From Acidimicrobiia bacterium (GTDB lineage: Bacteria; Actinomycetota; Acidimicrobiia; Spongiisociales; ZC4RG35), in the NCBI GenBank assembly GCA_965215185.1, contig OZ244034.1, positions 768,001 through 832,000 on the forward strand: a stretch of 64,000 nucleotides of DNA, in the 5' to 3' direction. The notes below the pieces were generated by a model that worked only from the letters and a program-made list of their open reading frames with translations, searched no databases and was not told where the DNA came from. Shown here one piece after another: positions 1 through 9,608 of this stretch (positions are counted from its first letter, which is position 1; each line of letters opens with the position of its first letter). The position numbers and the translations under genes were made by a program.

Positions 1-239
1 GTGCGAAGGTGGACATTCCCTCCTATCAAGTGAGGCAGGGGGATGTGGTGACGCTTCGGGAGAAGAGTCTCGACCTGATCATCGTGCAACATGCCATCGA
101 CACCCTCAGCCGCAATGTTCCCGAGTGGTTGACTGTGGATCATGAGGGGCGCCGAATCGAAGTTTTCAGTCTGCCCAACAGGGCAGAGATCGACACAGCC
201 ATCAACGAGCAGTTGATCGTTGAGCTTTACTCCAAGTAA
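1..239 (+). CDS. rpsD: 30S ribosomal protein S4, C-terminal part (partial, runs off window start)
   Basis: VDIPSYQV...GDVV S4 domain and C-terminal INEQLIVELYSK; directly upstream of rpoA. Confidence 0.97.
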   Translation, partial: AKVDIPSYQVRQGDVVTLREKSLDLIIVQHAIDTLSRNVPEWLTVDHEGRRIEVFSLPNRAEIDTAINEQLIVELYSK

Positions 240-266
240 TACGAAGGGGAGAAGGGGTTTTTCACC

Positions 267-1226
267 ATGTTGATAGTTCAACGTCCCGAAATCGAGGAAA
301 CAGAAGTCAGCGGGGTTCGCTCGAAATTCGTGATGGAGCCGCTTGAGCCTGGATTGGGCCATACCCTAGGCAACACGATCCGTCGTGCTCTGTTGTCCCG
401 GGTGCCGGGTGCCGCCATAACCGCCATACAGATCGAAGGCGCCGATCACGAATTCACCACCATTCCCGGAGTGGTGGAGGATGCGGTGGACATCATTCTC
501 AACTTAAAGGCGGTTGTGATCCGTATGGAGGAAAGTGGACCGGAGCGACTGGTGCTGAGGGCCATGGGCTCCGGACCGGTTTTGGCGGGCGCTCTTGAGG
601 CTCCCGCCGGGGTATCGGTGATTAACCCCACCACCCATATCGCCACCCTTTCCAAGAATGGCCGCTTGGAGATCGAAGCCTGGGTGCATGCGGGAGTGGG
701 CTACCGGTCGGCCGAGGACAACAAGTCCAAGACCAGCGGTGCAGTGGGAGTAATCCCCATCGACTCCATTTTTTCGCCGGTAAGGCGGGTCTCCTATGCG
801 GTTGAGAACACCCAGGTCGGACAGATGACCAACTACGAACGGCTCATCCTCGACATTGAAACCAATGGATCGATACGTCCCGCCCAAGCAGTGTCTTCGG
901 TGGGCAAAACTCTCGGCGAACTGGTAGGGCTCTTTGCCGCCGCCGGCGAGGGAATGGGACTGGAGTTAGGCGACTTCACGGTCCCCGAAACCGGCAGCGA
1001 CGACTTGCACCTTCCTATCGAGGCTCTGGAACTCTCCGAACGTCCTCGCAACTGTCTGCGGCGTTCGGGGATCGCCACGGTGGGGGATCTTGTCAATTCC
1101 ACCTCCGGTCAGCTACTGGACATAACCAATTTTGGCCAGAGGAGTCTCGAAGAAGTGCAAGAGCGTCTCGACGAAATGGGTCTAAGCCTCAGTGATCAGG
1201 AAACTACCGATGCCTCGTCCCTCTAA
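267..1226 (+). CDS. rpoA: RNA polymerase alpha subunit
   Basis: [42 protein letters not shown], alpha[20 protein letters not shown]. Confidence 0.98.
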   Translation: MLIVQRPEIEETEVSGVRSKFVMEPLEPGLGHTLGNTIRRALLSRVPGAAITAIQIEGADHEFTTIPGVVEDAVDIILNLKAVVIRMEESGPERLVLRAMGSGPVLAGALEAPAGVSVINPTTHIATLSKNGRLEIEAWVHAGVGYRSAEDNKSKTSGAVGVIPIDSIFSPVRRVSYAVENTQVGQMTNYERLILDIETNGSIRPAQAVSSVGKTLGELVGLFAAAGEGMGLELGDFTVPETGSDDLHLPIEALELSERPRNCLRRSGIATVGDLVNSTSGQLLDITNFGQRSLEEVQERLDEMGLSLSDQETTDASSL

Positions 1227-1560
1227 GGGTACTCGCTTGGGCGGGTCTCCTGCCCACCACCACAGATTGTTGGCCAATTTGGCCGCATCTGTGATCACCG
1301 AGGAAAAGATCACCACTACTCATACCCGGGCCCGCTTAGTCCGCCCCTTGGTGGAAAAGCTGATCACTCGCGCCCGGAAGGGTGACTTACACTCCCGCCG
1401 GATCGTGCTCAAGACCATTCAGAGCACCGACGTGGTAACCAAACTCTTCGATGAAGTCGCGCCCCGCTACAACCACCGTACGGGCGGCTATACCCGCATC
1501 GTAAAGCTGGGTCCCCGGCGAGGGGATGGAGCGGAGATGGCCGTCATCGAGTTGGTTTGA
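1210..1560 (+). CDS. rplQ: 50S ribosomal protein L17
   Basis: [16 protein letters not shown]..., [25 protein letters not shown]; ATG at 1210 overlaps rpoA end. Confidence 0.97.
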   Translation: MPRPSKGTRLGGSPAHHHRLLANLAASVITEEKITTTHTRARLVRPLVEKLITRARKGDLHSRRIVLKTIQSTDVVTKLFDEVAPRYNHRTGGYTRIVKLGPRRGDGAEMAVIELV

Positions 1561-1597
1561 GGCCCGCAGCCGCGAAGTTACGCCGCAGTTCGCATTC

Positions 1598-2089
1598 ATG
1601 ATCTTGCTGCGGCGGGCGGTGGGTGCGGCCCTTCTCAGACGTAACTTTCTTTTCGACATCTCCCTGGATCAACGGGCCACCGCCGACGCGGCCCTTTTGG
1701 TGTCGGGGGTTTCGGGGGCCGTCTATCTATGGGATGTGATGTCGGGAAGGGGATTCTCTCTTCGGGAATTTGTGTCAGTGCTTATCAACTCACTGATGGT
1801 ATGGATAGTGATGGCGGGCCTTACCTCCCTGGTGGGCAAGTTGCTGAGTCAGTCAGAGACACGCATGCCGACGGTGATGCGCCTGCAGGGCTTTTGCTAT
1901 CTTCCTCTTCTTCTCGCGGCCATTCAACCTGTGGCGCTGTTGGGGCGGATATGGTTTCTGGTTGCCTTGGTGGTCGCCACCGCTGAAGCGCTTGAGACCG
2001 TTTATTGGCGGGCAGCGGTAGCGGTGGCCGCCAGTTTTGTAGGGCTGTTGCTGGTCGGCCAACTGCTCTGGGGTGGCCGGCTGATTTAG
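1598..2089 (+). CDS. Membrane protein, Yip1-like
   Basis: About five hydrophobic segments, operon position between rplQ and truA; start taken at ATG 1598. Confidence 0.6.
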   Translation: MILLRRAVGAALLRRNFLFDISLDQRATADAALLVSGVSGAVYLWDVMSGRGFSLREFVSVLINSLMVWIVMAGLTSLVGKLLSQSETRMPTVMRLQGFCYLPLLLAAIQPVALLGRIWFLVALVVATAEALETVYWRAAVAVAASFVGLLLVGQLLWGGRLI

Positions 2090-2113
2090 ATGGCGGGTTA
2101 GTGGATTCTTCGA

Positions 2114-2884
2114 ATGTTCGGTTACCGGCTCGATCTCGCTTATGAGGGGACCGACTTTCATGGTTTCGCTCGTCAACCCTCGGTGCGCACCGTTCAAGGC
2201 GAATTAGAAGCAGCGCTGGCGGTGGTACTGCGAGAGGATGCATCCACCACTTGCGCGGGACGTACCGACAAGGGAGTGCATGCTCGCCAGCAGGTGGTAA
2301 GCATGGTGCTCTCCCGACCCATTGAGGACCCGACGACGGTGATGCGCTCTCTCAATCGCCTTCTTTCTTCCGACATGGCGGTACACTGGTTTGCGCCTGC
2401 TGAGCAGGACTGGAGCGCGCGGTTTGCAGCGAGTTGGCGGGCCTATCGATATTTCCTGCGAACCGACCCCCAGGCCGATCCTTTGCGCCGCCGCATGCTG
2501 TGGCATGTGAGGCTGCCGCTTGACATTGAGGCCATGAACAAGGCGGCGGCCGTTCTGGTTGGGCGCCACGATTTTGCATCGTTTTGCCGCCAAGCGGAGG
2601 GTCGCGCGACCGTCCGGGATGTGCGGGTGGCGCATTGGAGTGAGAATGAACCGGGCCACCCGGTGTTCGATATCGTGGCGTCCTCCTTTTGCCGCCAGAT
2701 GGTGAGGTCGGTGGTGGGGTGGTGTGTGGAGGTGGGGCGAGGGCGTAGAGTAGCCTCGGAGACCCTGCAAGTGCTGGCCGCCCGCAACCGCCAGGCGGCC
2801 GGTCCGGTAGCTCCTCCCCGGGGGTTGGTCCTATGGGAGGTAGGTTACGGAGAGCCCCGGAGCCGATCAGGAGACGAATCTTGA
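2114..2884 (+). CDS. truA: tRNA pseudouridine(38-40) synthase
   Basis: YEGTDFHGF, AGRTDKGVHA catalytic motif, GRHDFASF, APPRGLVL. Confidence 0.96.
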   Translation: MFGYRLDLAYEGTDFHGFARQPSVRTVQGELEAALAVVLREDASTTCAGRTDKGVHARQQVVSMVLSRPIEDPTTVMRSLNRLLSSDMAVHWFAPAEQDWSARFAASWRAYRYFLRTDPQADPLRRRMLWHVRLPLDIEAMNKAAAVLVGRHDFASFCRQAEGRATVRDVRVAHWSENEPGHPVFDIVASSFCRQMVRSVVGWCVEVGRGRRVASETLQVLAARNRQAAGPVAPPRGLVLWEVGYGEPRSRSGDES

Positions 2885-3558
2885 CATTGAAAGCTGTGCT
2901 ATTTGATGCGGGAGGCACGTTGGTGCTCCAACACCCCGCCCTGATGGGCAGGGTGTTGGGGGTGGAATTGGGGCAGGACTCCTGTTTCGAGGCGCACTAT
3001 CTGGCGATGGACGCCTATTCGCGGCTCCGATCAGGTGGAAACCATGATCATGGATGGGAATGGTGGCTGGAGCACTATTTCACCACCCTGGGGGTTCCAT
3101 CGCCGTCACAGGCCGGTCCGAAGATCGACTACGGACACGGTATGTGGACCCTTCCTCTGCCCGGAGTGAAGGAGGGTGTTTCCCGTCTTCTCGATCAGGG
3201 GACACGCTGTGCGGTCATCTCCAATTCAGACGGCTCAATTCGCGCATCATTGGATGATGCCGGGCTTTCCCACCTGTTTGAATTCGTGATCGATTCCGCG
3301 GAGGTGGGTTTCGCAAAGCCCCAGCCGCAGATCTTTGCCATGGCGTTGGAGAAGTTGGGAGGCGTTTGCCCTCAACAGGTGGCCTATGTGGGCGACTCTT
3401 TGTTTCACGATGTGAAAGGCGCTCATCGGGCAGGGTATGGCCAGGCGTGGTTGGTGGACCCACTGGGTTTGTATCCTGATCAAACTCGGCGTGTGTCTTC
3501 CGTGGCGGAAATACCTGAAGCGCTGAACAGCCTTCCTTCCACCCGTGGTCGGTTTTGA
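2881..3558 (+). CDS. HAD-superfamily hydrolase
   Basis: LFDAGGTL (motif I), ISNSD, KP, YVGDS..DV; TTG start overlaps truA stop. Confidence 0.88.
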   Translation: MTLKAVLFDAGGTLVLQHPALMGRVLGVELGQDSCFEAHYLAMDAYSRLRSGGNHDHGWEWWLEHYFTTLGVPSPSQAGPKIDYGHGMWTLPLPGVKEGVSRLLDQGTRCAVISNSDGSIRASLDDAGLSHLFEFVIDSAEVGFAKPQPQIFAMALEKLGGVCPQQVAYVGDSLFHDVKGAHRAGYGQAWLVDPLGLYPDQTRRVSSVAEIPEALNSLPSTRGRF

Positions 3559-3643
3559 TGCCACGGCAGGTTGCTATCATTAACAGGTCGGGTTGGGCAT
3601 CCGCTCGGCTCGCTTCTATTCTTATCTAAATGGAGTCTTTGGC

Positions 3644-4123
3644 TTGACTGCGCGAACTAAACCCGTAATCTCCAGAACCTTTTCTCCCTCGGCCCAGCAG
3701 GCCAGGCCGGACTGGTGGGTGGTGGATGCCGCTGATCTTCCCTTGGGGAGGTTGGCGTCGGAGGTAGCGCAAATCATCCGCGGAAAACACAAGCCCACCT
3801 TCGCTCCCCATGTAGATGGAGGCGATTTTGTGGTAGTTGTCAACGCTGACCGGGTTGGGCTTACTTCCTCAAAGAGCGAACGCAAGGTTTACTATCATCA
3901 CTCGGGCTTCCCGGGGGGAATCAAGAGCGAGACTTTTGAGTCACTCATAGAGCGGAAACCCGAGGCAGTGATCGAACGGGCCGTGCGAGGGATGCTCCCC
4001 AAGAACCGATTAGGCAGGAAGATGTTCAGAAAACTCAAGGTATACGCCGGACCCTCCCATCCTCATGCTTCCCAGAAGCCCGTTGAGTTGAAGTTCAATA
4101 TCCGCCATGTGGAAAGCCGATGA
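3644..4123 (+). CDS. rplM: 50S ribosomal protein L13
   Basis: [51 protein letters not shown]; start approximate. Confidence 0.97.
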   Translation: MTARTKPVISRTFSPSAQQARPDWWVVDAADLPLGRLASEVAQIIRGKHKPTFAPHVDGGDFVVVVNADRVGLTSSKSERKVYYHHSGFPGGIKSETFESLIERKPEAVIERAVRGMLPKNRLGRKMFRKLKVYAGPSHPHASQKPVELKFNIRHVESR

Positions 4124-4512
4124 GCGTTCCACTGGTGCAGTCCACCGGACGGCGCAAGCGGTCGGTGGCGCGAGTGAGGCTCTATGAGGGCAGCGGACAG
4201 ATAACTTTAAACGACCGGACCATTGAGGACTATTTTCCCACCATCGCTCGCCGGATCCGGGTACTGGAGCCTTTGGAGGTCACCAGTACCAGAGGCCGAT
4301 ATGATGTAAAAGCCACCCTGCATGGGGGAGGCGTCACGGGTCAGACCGATGCGCTGCGATTGGGAATCGCCCGGGCGCTGGCCGAGATGGAGCCCGGACT
4401 GCGGCTGACGCTCAAGAGGAACGGGATGCTGCGTCGGGACGCCCGGGTGGTGGAGAGCAAGAAGTACGGCCTCAGAAAAGCCCGCCGCGCTCCGCAGTAC
4501 ACCAAGCGCTAG
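4120..4512 (+). CDS. rpsI: 30S ribosomal protein S9
   Basis: [35 protein letters not shown]. Confidence 0.98.
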   Translation: MSVPLVQSTGRRKRSVARVRLYEGSGQITLNDRTIEDYFPTIARRIRVLEPLEVTSTRGRYDVKATLHGGGVTGQTDALRLGIARALAEMEPGLRLTLKRNGMLRRDARVVESKKYGLRKARRAPQYTKR

Positions 4513-4543
4513 ACCTTCTTCTGCTGCGAGACCCCAGGGTCAA

Positions 4544-5896
4544 ATGTCGGGGAAAGCAGAAAGCCTGTTCGGTACCGATGGGATAAGGGGAATATTCGGT
4601 AAAGACTTGACGTCTGGATTGGCGTTTGGAGTTGGAAGAGCCGCCGGCCAGGTTGCGGGGGGAGGCAAAGTGCTGGTGGGAATGGATACTCGACCTTCGG
4701 GGCCTGAGCTTTCCTACGCCGTCCGCACCGGTCTGGAGACGGTGGGTCTGGAGCCCGTCGACTTGGGCGTGATGCCGGCAGGAGGGATTAGCTATCTGAC
4801 CGTTGAGGCCAAAGCGGTGATGGGGGTGGTGATATCCGCATCCCACAATCCGGCCCCCTATAACGGAATAAAGCTGCTGGGTCCCGACGGGGCGAAGCTC
4901 TCCGACCAAAGAGAGGCGGAGATCTCCGCTCGCGTCCGAACAGTCGATTGTCAGTGGTCTTCTCCACTCGAAAAGATCCCGGTCGGATCAGATTGGCCGG
5001 AAGGACTCGATGTTTACACCGATTGGCTGGCTGGAACGGTGACTACCGACCTGTCGGGACTTTCAGTGATGGTTGACTGTGCCAACGGAGCTGCCTTCCG
5101 CGCCGCGCCGCAAGTGCTCCGGTCGTTGGGGGTTGACACTGAAAGCACCGCCGACAGTCCGGATGGGTCGGCCATTAACCACCGGTGCGGAGCTACTCAT
5201 CCCCAGTGGGTGGCGTCGCAAGCCGGGGGGCACATAGGGCTTGCCCTGGACGGGGACGCCGATCGTCTGATCGCCGTGGATGAGAACGCAGTGGTGGTGG
5301 ATGGTGACTTTTTGATGGCGATCCTGGCCCGCTATCTCCACCGGCAAGAGCGGTTGGCGCCTCCACTGGTGGTGGCCACTGTCATGTCCAACCTGGGATT
5401 CAGGATGGCCATGTCTTCTCAGGGGATCGAGACGGCCCTGACCAGCGTGGGGGATCGATATGTACGGGAAGAGATGATTCACCGGGGAGCAATGTTGGGG
5501 GGTGAGCAGTCTGGACACATCATTTTCGGGAACTTGGCGGTTACCGGGGACGGGTTGCTAACCGCGCTGCAACTGTTGGAAGTGATCTCGGCCACCGGCA
5601 AGACGCTGGCCGAATTGCGGGCGGAGGCCATGCGGCGATACCCCCAGGTGTTGGTGAATGTGGAGGTGGCCAACCCGGCCGAGGTGGAAAGGTTTCCCGA
5701 GGTCTGGGAGGAGGTTTCCAGAGTGGAGCAGGAAATGGGTGAAGCGGGACGGGTCTTGGTGCGACCTTCGGGGACTGAGCCTTTAGTGCGGGTGATGGTG
5801 GAATGTCTTGAGTCGGAACTGGCGGAGCGGTATGCTCAGGAATTGGCGGAGGTGATCGCCTCGGCCATGAATCGTTCGACCAGAGAAAGGGGATAA
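4544..5896 (+). CDS. glmM: Phosphoglucosamine mutase
   Basis: LFGTDGIRG, ISASHNP, DGDADR, GGEQSGH, RPSGTEP. Confidence 0.96.
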   Translation: MSGKAESLFGTDGIRGIFGKDLTSGLAFGVGRAAGQVAGGGKVLVGMDTRPSGPELSYAVRTGLETVGLEPVDLGVMPAGGISYLTVEAKAVMGVVISASHNPAPYNGIKLLGPDGAKLSDQREAEISARVRTVDCQWSSPLEKIPVGSDWPEGLDVYTDWLAGTVTTDLSGLSVMVDCANGAAFRAAPQVLRSLGVDTESTADSPDGSAINHRCGATHPQWVASQAGGHIGLALDGDADRLIAVDENAVVVDGDFLMAILARYLHRQERLAPPLVVATVMSNLGFRMAMSSQGIETALTSVGDRYVREEMIHRGAMLGGEQSGHIIFGNLAVTGDGLLTALQLLEVISATGKTLAELRAEAMRRYPQVLVNVEVANPAEVERFPEVWEEVSRVEQEMGEAGRVLVRPSGTEPLVRVMVECLESELAERYAQELAEVIASAMNRSTRERG

Positions 5897-5939
5897 TCCC
5901 CGGCCCGCGACGCGGCGCCAAGCGAAGTGATAGAAGCAG

Positions 5940-6095
5940 ACACCAAGCGCCCGACCTTTTGGACCTCCCCATGGGTAGTCCCAGAGGTGACGAGGAGAAA
6001 GGCGATCGAACCTTCGGCGGATGCCTTTCCGGCCAACACAGTCGTAACGATCGGAGCAAAACCCGCTGGCGACGGCGGGGACAAACGCCGTTCGA
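5940..6095 (+). ncRNA. glmS glucosamine-6-phosphate-activated ribozyme
   Basis: A|GCGCC cleavage motif at 5946-5951, GACGAGG, ATCGAA-CCTTCGGCGGATGCC core, ACAGTCGTAA and ACAAA P4 elements, directly 5' of glmS. Confidence 0.92.
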
Positions 6096-6148
6096 TGTGG
6101 GTGCTTCGCATGTGGTCGCGTCCGTAATGGACCAGGAGGTAAGCGAAC

Positions 6149-7984
6149 ATGTGTGGCATTGTTGGTTATGTAGGATCCCGTCCTGCCCAAGAGTTGCTTT
6201 TGGGAGGCTTGGCCCGCCTTGAGTATCGCGGTTACGACTCGGCGGGGTTGGTGATCGGAGAAAACGGCATCCTCAAGAGTGTGCGCCAAGTGGGGAAGAT
6301 CGCCGACCTGGCGGCGGCGGTAGCGCAAGGGACAGAACCGGTTCCTGGTAACTACGGGGTGGGACACACCCGTTGGGCTACTCATGGCGCTCCCACCGCA
6401 CCAAACGCCCATCCCCACTTCGACTGCGCGGGGGAGGTGGCGATCGTCCACAACGGAATCATCGAAAACTGGGTCGAATTAAAGGGATGGCTGGAGGGTC
6501 GGGGGCACGGCTTCGCTTCCGAAACCGACACGGAAGTTGCGGCGCACCTCATTGAAGAGTTGTCATCGCTTCCGTTGGCCGAGGCAGTGGCGGAGGTATT
6601 GCGACGCTGTGAGGGGGCGTTGGCTTTGGCCGTCATCCGCCGGTCCGATCCGGGCTTGGTGGTGGGAGGCCGCAAGGGGAGTCCCCTGGTGGTGGGACGG
6701 GGGTCGGGGGAGAACTTCCTGGCGTCGGATATTCCTGCCTTTATGGAACACACTCGGCGGATGATGGTGGTTCCCGAGGAAAGGGTGGTGGAGATACGCT
6801 CCGAATCGGTGCGCATCTGCGACCTGTTCGGCAATGAGCATGAACCAGAGGAGCGCGAAGTGGAGTGGGATGTGGAAGGCGCCGAGAAGGGCGGCTACCC
6901 CTCCTTCATGCTCAAGGAGATACATGAGCAGCCGCGGGCAGTGGCGGAGACTCTCCTGGGCCGCATCAGCCCCACCGGGGAGCCCCTGCTGGAGGAGACG
7001 GGGTTGACCCCTGAAATCGCCAGGGATGTGGATAAGGTGTTCGTGGTGGCCTGCGGGACCTCCTATCACGCCGGGATGATGGCCAAATACGCGTTAGAAC
7101 GATGGGCCAAGATCCCGGTGGAGGTGGATCTGTCCTCGGAGTTCCGTTATCGTGATCCGGTGCTCAACTCCCGTTCGCTGGTGATCGGGATCAGCCAATC
7201 CGGCGAGACCGCCGACACTTTGGGGGCTGTCCGGTATGCGATCGGCCAGGGGGCGAAGGTTGCGGCGGTTACCAACGTGGTGGGATCGTCCCTGGCAAGG
7301 GAGGCGCACATGCTGCTGCAGACCCGGGCCGGACCCGAGATAGGAGTGGCTGCTTCGAAGACTTTCATCACACAGGTAGCGCTTCTCCAATTGTTGGGAC
7401 TGCACATGGCCATTGAGAGAGGCGTGATGACCCCGGACGAGGCGACCGGACCGGCGCACGCGCTGCGTAGCCTGCCGGATCGCCTGGAAGAGGTGTTGGA
7501 CCTCTCCGAAAAGATGAAGGAACTGGCCGAAGGTTGGTTGGGGGTAAGGGACTTCTTCTTCCTGGGAAGATCGGTCGACTACCCGGCGGCCTTGGAGGGC
7601 GCCCTCAAACTCAAAGAACTGGCTTATGTGCGAGCGGAGGGATACGCGGCGGGAGAGATGAAGCATGGTCCGATCGCCTTGATCGAGCCCGGAGTAATAG
7701 TAATCGGGGTGGCGACCGACCGGCGCCTGCGTTCCAAGATGTTCTCCAACCTCTCGGAGATGAAGGCGCGGGGAGGAACTGTCATGACCTTGGTGGGTGC
7801 CGAGGATCAGGCGGAGGCGGCGATCACCTCCGATCTGGTCATCCCTCTTCCCGAGGCCGCCGATCTGATTGGCGCGGTGTTGGCGGTGGTTCCTCTCCAA
7901 CTCTTCTCCTATCACCTCGCCACCCTGAAGGGACTCAACGTCGACCAACCCCGCAACCTCGCCAAAACCGTGACCGTAGAGTAA
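6149..7984 (+). CDS. glmS: Glutamine--fructose-6-phosphate aminotransferase
   Basis: MCGIVG, LEYRGYDSAG, GHTRWATHG, SQSGETADT, QPRNLAKTVTVE. Confidence 0.99.
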   Translation: MCGIVGYVGSRPAQELLLGGLARLEYRGYDSAGLVIGENGILKSVRQVGKIADLAAAVAQGTEPVPGNYGVGHTRWATHGAPTAPNAHPHFDCAGEVAIVHNGIIENWVELKGWLEGRGHGFASETDTEVAAHLIEELSSLPLAEAVAEVLRRCEGALALAVIRRSDPGLVVGGRKGSPLVVGRGSGENFLASDIPAFMEHTRRMMVVPEERVVEIRSESVRICDLFGNEHEPEEREVEWDVEGAEKGGYPSFMLKEIHEQPRAVAETLLGRISPTGEPLLEETGLTPEIARDVDKVFVVACGTSYHAGMMAKYALERWAKIPVEVDLSSEFRYRDPVLNSRSLVIGISQSGETADTLGAVRYAIGQGAKVAAVTNVVGSSLAREAHMLLQTRAGPEIGVAASKTFITQVALLQLLGLHMAIERGVMTPDEATGPAHALRSLPDRLEEVLDLSEKMKELAEGWLGVRDFFFLGRSVDYPAALEGALKLKELAYVRAEGYAAGEMKHGPIALIEPGVIVIGVATDRRLRSKMFSNLSEMKARGGTVMTLVGAEDQAEAAITSDLVIPLPEAADLIGAVLAVVPLQLFSYHLATLKGLNVDQPRNLAKTVTVE

Positions 7985-8009
7985 ACGGAGGCACCGGCCA
8001 CGGCCCGAT

Positions 8010-8261
8010 GTCTCTGACAATATAGGAGAGAATCTGACACGGGTATAGAGGCGTTGTGTTTGTGCTGACCTTCGGGAGCAGAGTGATGCTTTGCTCTGGG
8101 CGAGAGCGCTGTCCGACACTCTGCCCGTCTGCACATTAGATAAGAGTTCTCCCGAAGAGGGTGTTGTGATATCAGGACCCGCGGGGAGGCAAATGCGCCC
8201 GTAGGCATGGATAACCCAGGTCACTCATCTGCCGGGGGACCGTGGGTGCTTCGGCCGGGCG
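8010..8261 (+). other. Structured non-coding element resembling an IS110-family end / bridge RNA, no transposase
   Basis: Nested stems cttcgggag(8070-78)/ctcccgaag(8149-57), gcagagtg(8078-85)/cactctgc(8117-24), gctct/agagc and a further 3' stem-loop; family assignment rests on remembered resemblance only. Confidence 0.4.
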
Positions 8262-9104
8262 TTATGAGACCGTGATCTCCAGACGGCAGTGGTCACTGGG
8301 GCCCCATTGCTCCGATTCATTGATGGCATACACGCTTACCGAATCGGCCAGTCCTCGAGAGGCGAAGACGAAGTCCAACTGGCGCGTTGCGGCAGACGGG
8401 GTGCTTCCGGCCCGGAAGTAGGTGGGGACGTTCCTGCTTTCGCGGGGCACCTCACTCGGCCATGGGTCTGCCTGCCGCCCTTGCGGTGCCTGGGGACCTA
8501 CAAATACCAGCCCCAACGCCTCCATCCGCGCGAACACCGTTCCGTAACGGGAGGCCCAGTAAATGCTGCCGTGCTCTCCATGTCCGTGGAGGATGTTAAG
8601 GTCCCCGGCAGCCAGGATGCGGTGACCAACCTGTTTTCCGATTAATGCCGACAGGTCGGAGACGAGGCGGTGGGCCGAGGCGTCTGAGACAATCCAGCCG
8701 CTGCCGGTAGAAGCGTGGGGCTTCGTCCAGAGCGAGTACATCGAAACGACCACAAACGGCTCAATGTCGGGCGGCATTACGACCGCGGCGGCGAGTGTGC
8801 CAGGACGGCTGACCCCGAACTCCCTTGAGGCCGCATGCTTGAGGCACTTCGTCTCGATCCACTCCACCTCGACGAGATCCGAGAGCTTGGCGACCGCCGT
8901 CCTCCATGGCCGCCCGGCATCCGCCCCTGGGGTAAGCCAAGGTCCGGGATTGACGGCGATTTGCCCGGCAACGTCTGGCGGTGGTGCGCTGGCCTCCTGC
9001 AATAGGGCGATATCAGCACCCATTCCGGTCAGCACTCGCCAAGGCTCAATCGAACGGGCGATGTTCCAGGAGACGATCTTTACGGACAAACTGATAACCC
9101 CCAC
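8262..9104 (-). CDS. Endonuclease/exonuclease/phosphatase (EEP) family protein
   Basis: IVSWNI, LLQEA, AGDLN, QLDFVF, PSDH motifs; true start may be slightly downstream. Confidence 0.9.
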   Translation of the reverse strand: MGVISLSVKIVSWNIARSIEPWRVLTGMGADIALLQEASAPPPDVAGQIAVNPGPWLTPGADAGRPWRTAVAKLSDLVEVEWIETKCLKHAASREFGVSRPGTLAAAVVMPPDIEPFVVVSMYSLWTKPHASTGSGWIVSDASAHRLVSDLSALIGKQVGHRILAAGDLNILHGHGEHGSIYWASRYGTVFARMEALGLVFVGPQAPQGRQADPWPSEVPRESRNVPTYFRAGSTPSAATRQLDFVFASRGLADSVSVYAINESEQWGPSDHCRLEITVS

Positions 9105-9191
9105 TTTCGGGGTCTGTCGGCTCTAATGCATTCAAAGCTAGTGGCAATACACACGACACTGTTAAGAGTGCCATCCGGTAGCATCGGGCTG

Positions 9192-9566
9192 GTGAGAATC
9201 ATTGGCATGGGCGTGGATTTGACGCCTGTTGAGCGGGTGAGGTTGGTTCTGGAGCGGTACCCGCGGTTTCGGGAACGCTGTTTCACTGCTCACGAGCGTG
9301 AGTACGCTGACCGTTTCGCTAAACCCGAGCGTCGGTTCGCGGCTCGGTTCGCCGGAAAAGAAGCTGTGATGAAGTCGCTGGGAACCGGCTGGAGACGCCT
9401 GCGTTGGACCGACATCGAGATCACCGGTGGGGGTAAGCCGCAGGTGAACCTGTCAGGAACCGCCCTGCGCCACGCCGACCGGCTGGGAGTTACCGAGGTG
9501 CAGGTAACCATCACCCACACCGCGGACACCGCGCTGGTTATGGCCTTGGCTCTGGGAGAGCATTGA
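9192..9566 (+). CDS. acpS: Holo-[ACP] synthase
   Basis: IIGMGVDL, FAARFAGKEAVMKSLGTG, VTITH. Confidence 0.93.
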   Translation: MRIIGMGVDLTPVERVRLVLERYPRFRERCFTAHEREYADRFAKPERRFAARFAGKEAVMKSLGTGWRRLRWTDIEITGGGKPQVNLSGTALRHADRLGVTEVQVTITHTADTALVMALALGEH

Positions 9567-9608
9567 TGACCCCGGCGCCGGTGCACGCTCACTTCTAGGA
9601 AAGGGAAG

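Noticed and set aside
7985-8260. Tn7 insertion at attTn7, or an IscB/TnpB omega RNA
   Set aside because: No Tn7 ends, target duplication or tns genes seen; resemblance to HEARO RNA is too weak and no IscB/TnpB gene is adjacent.
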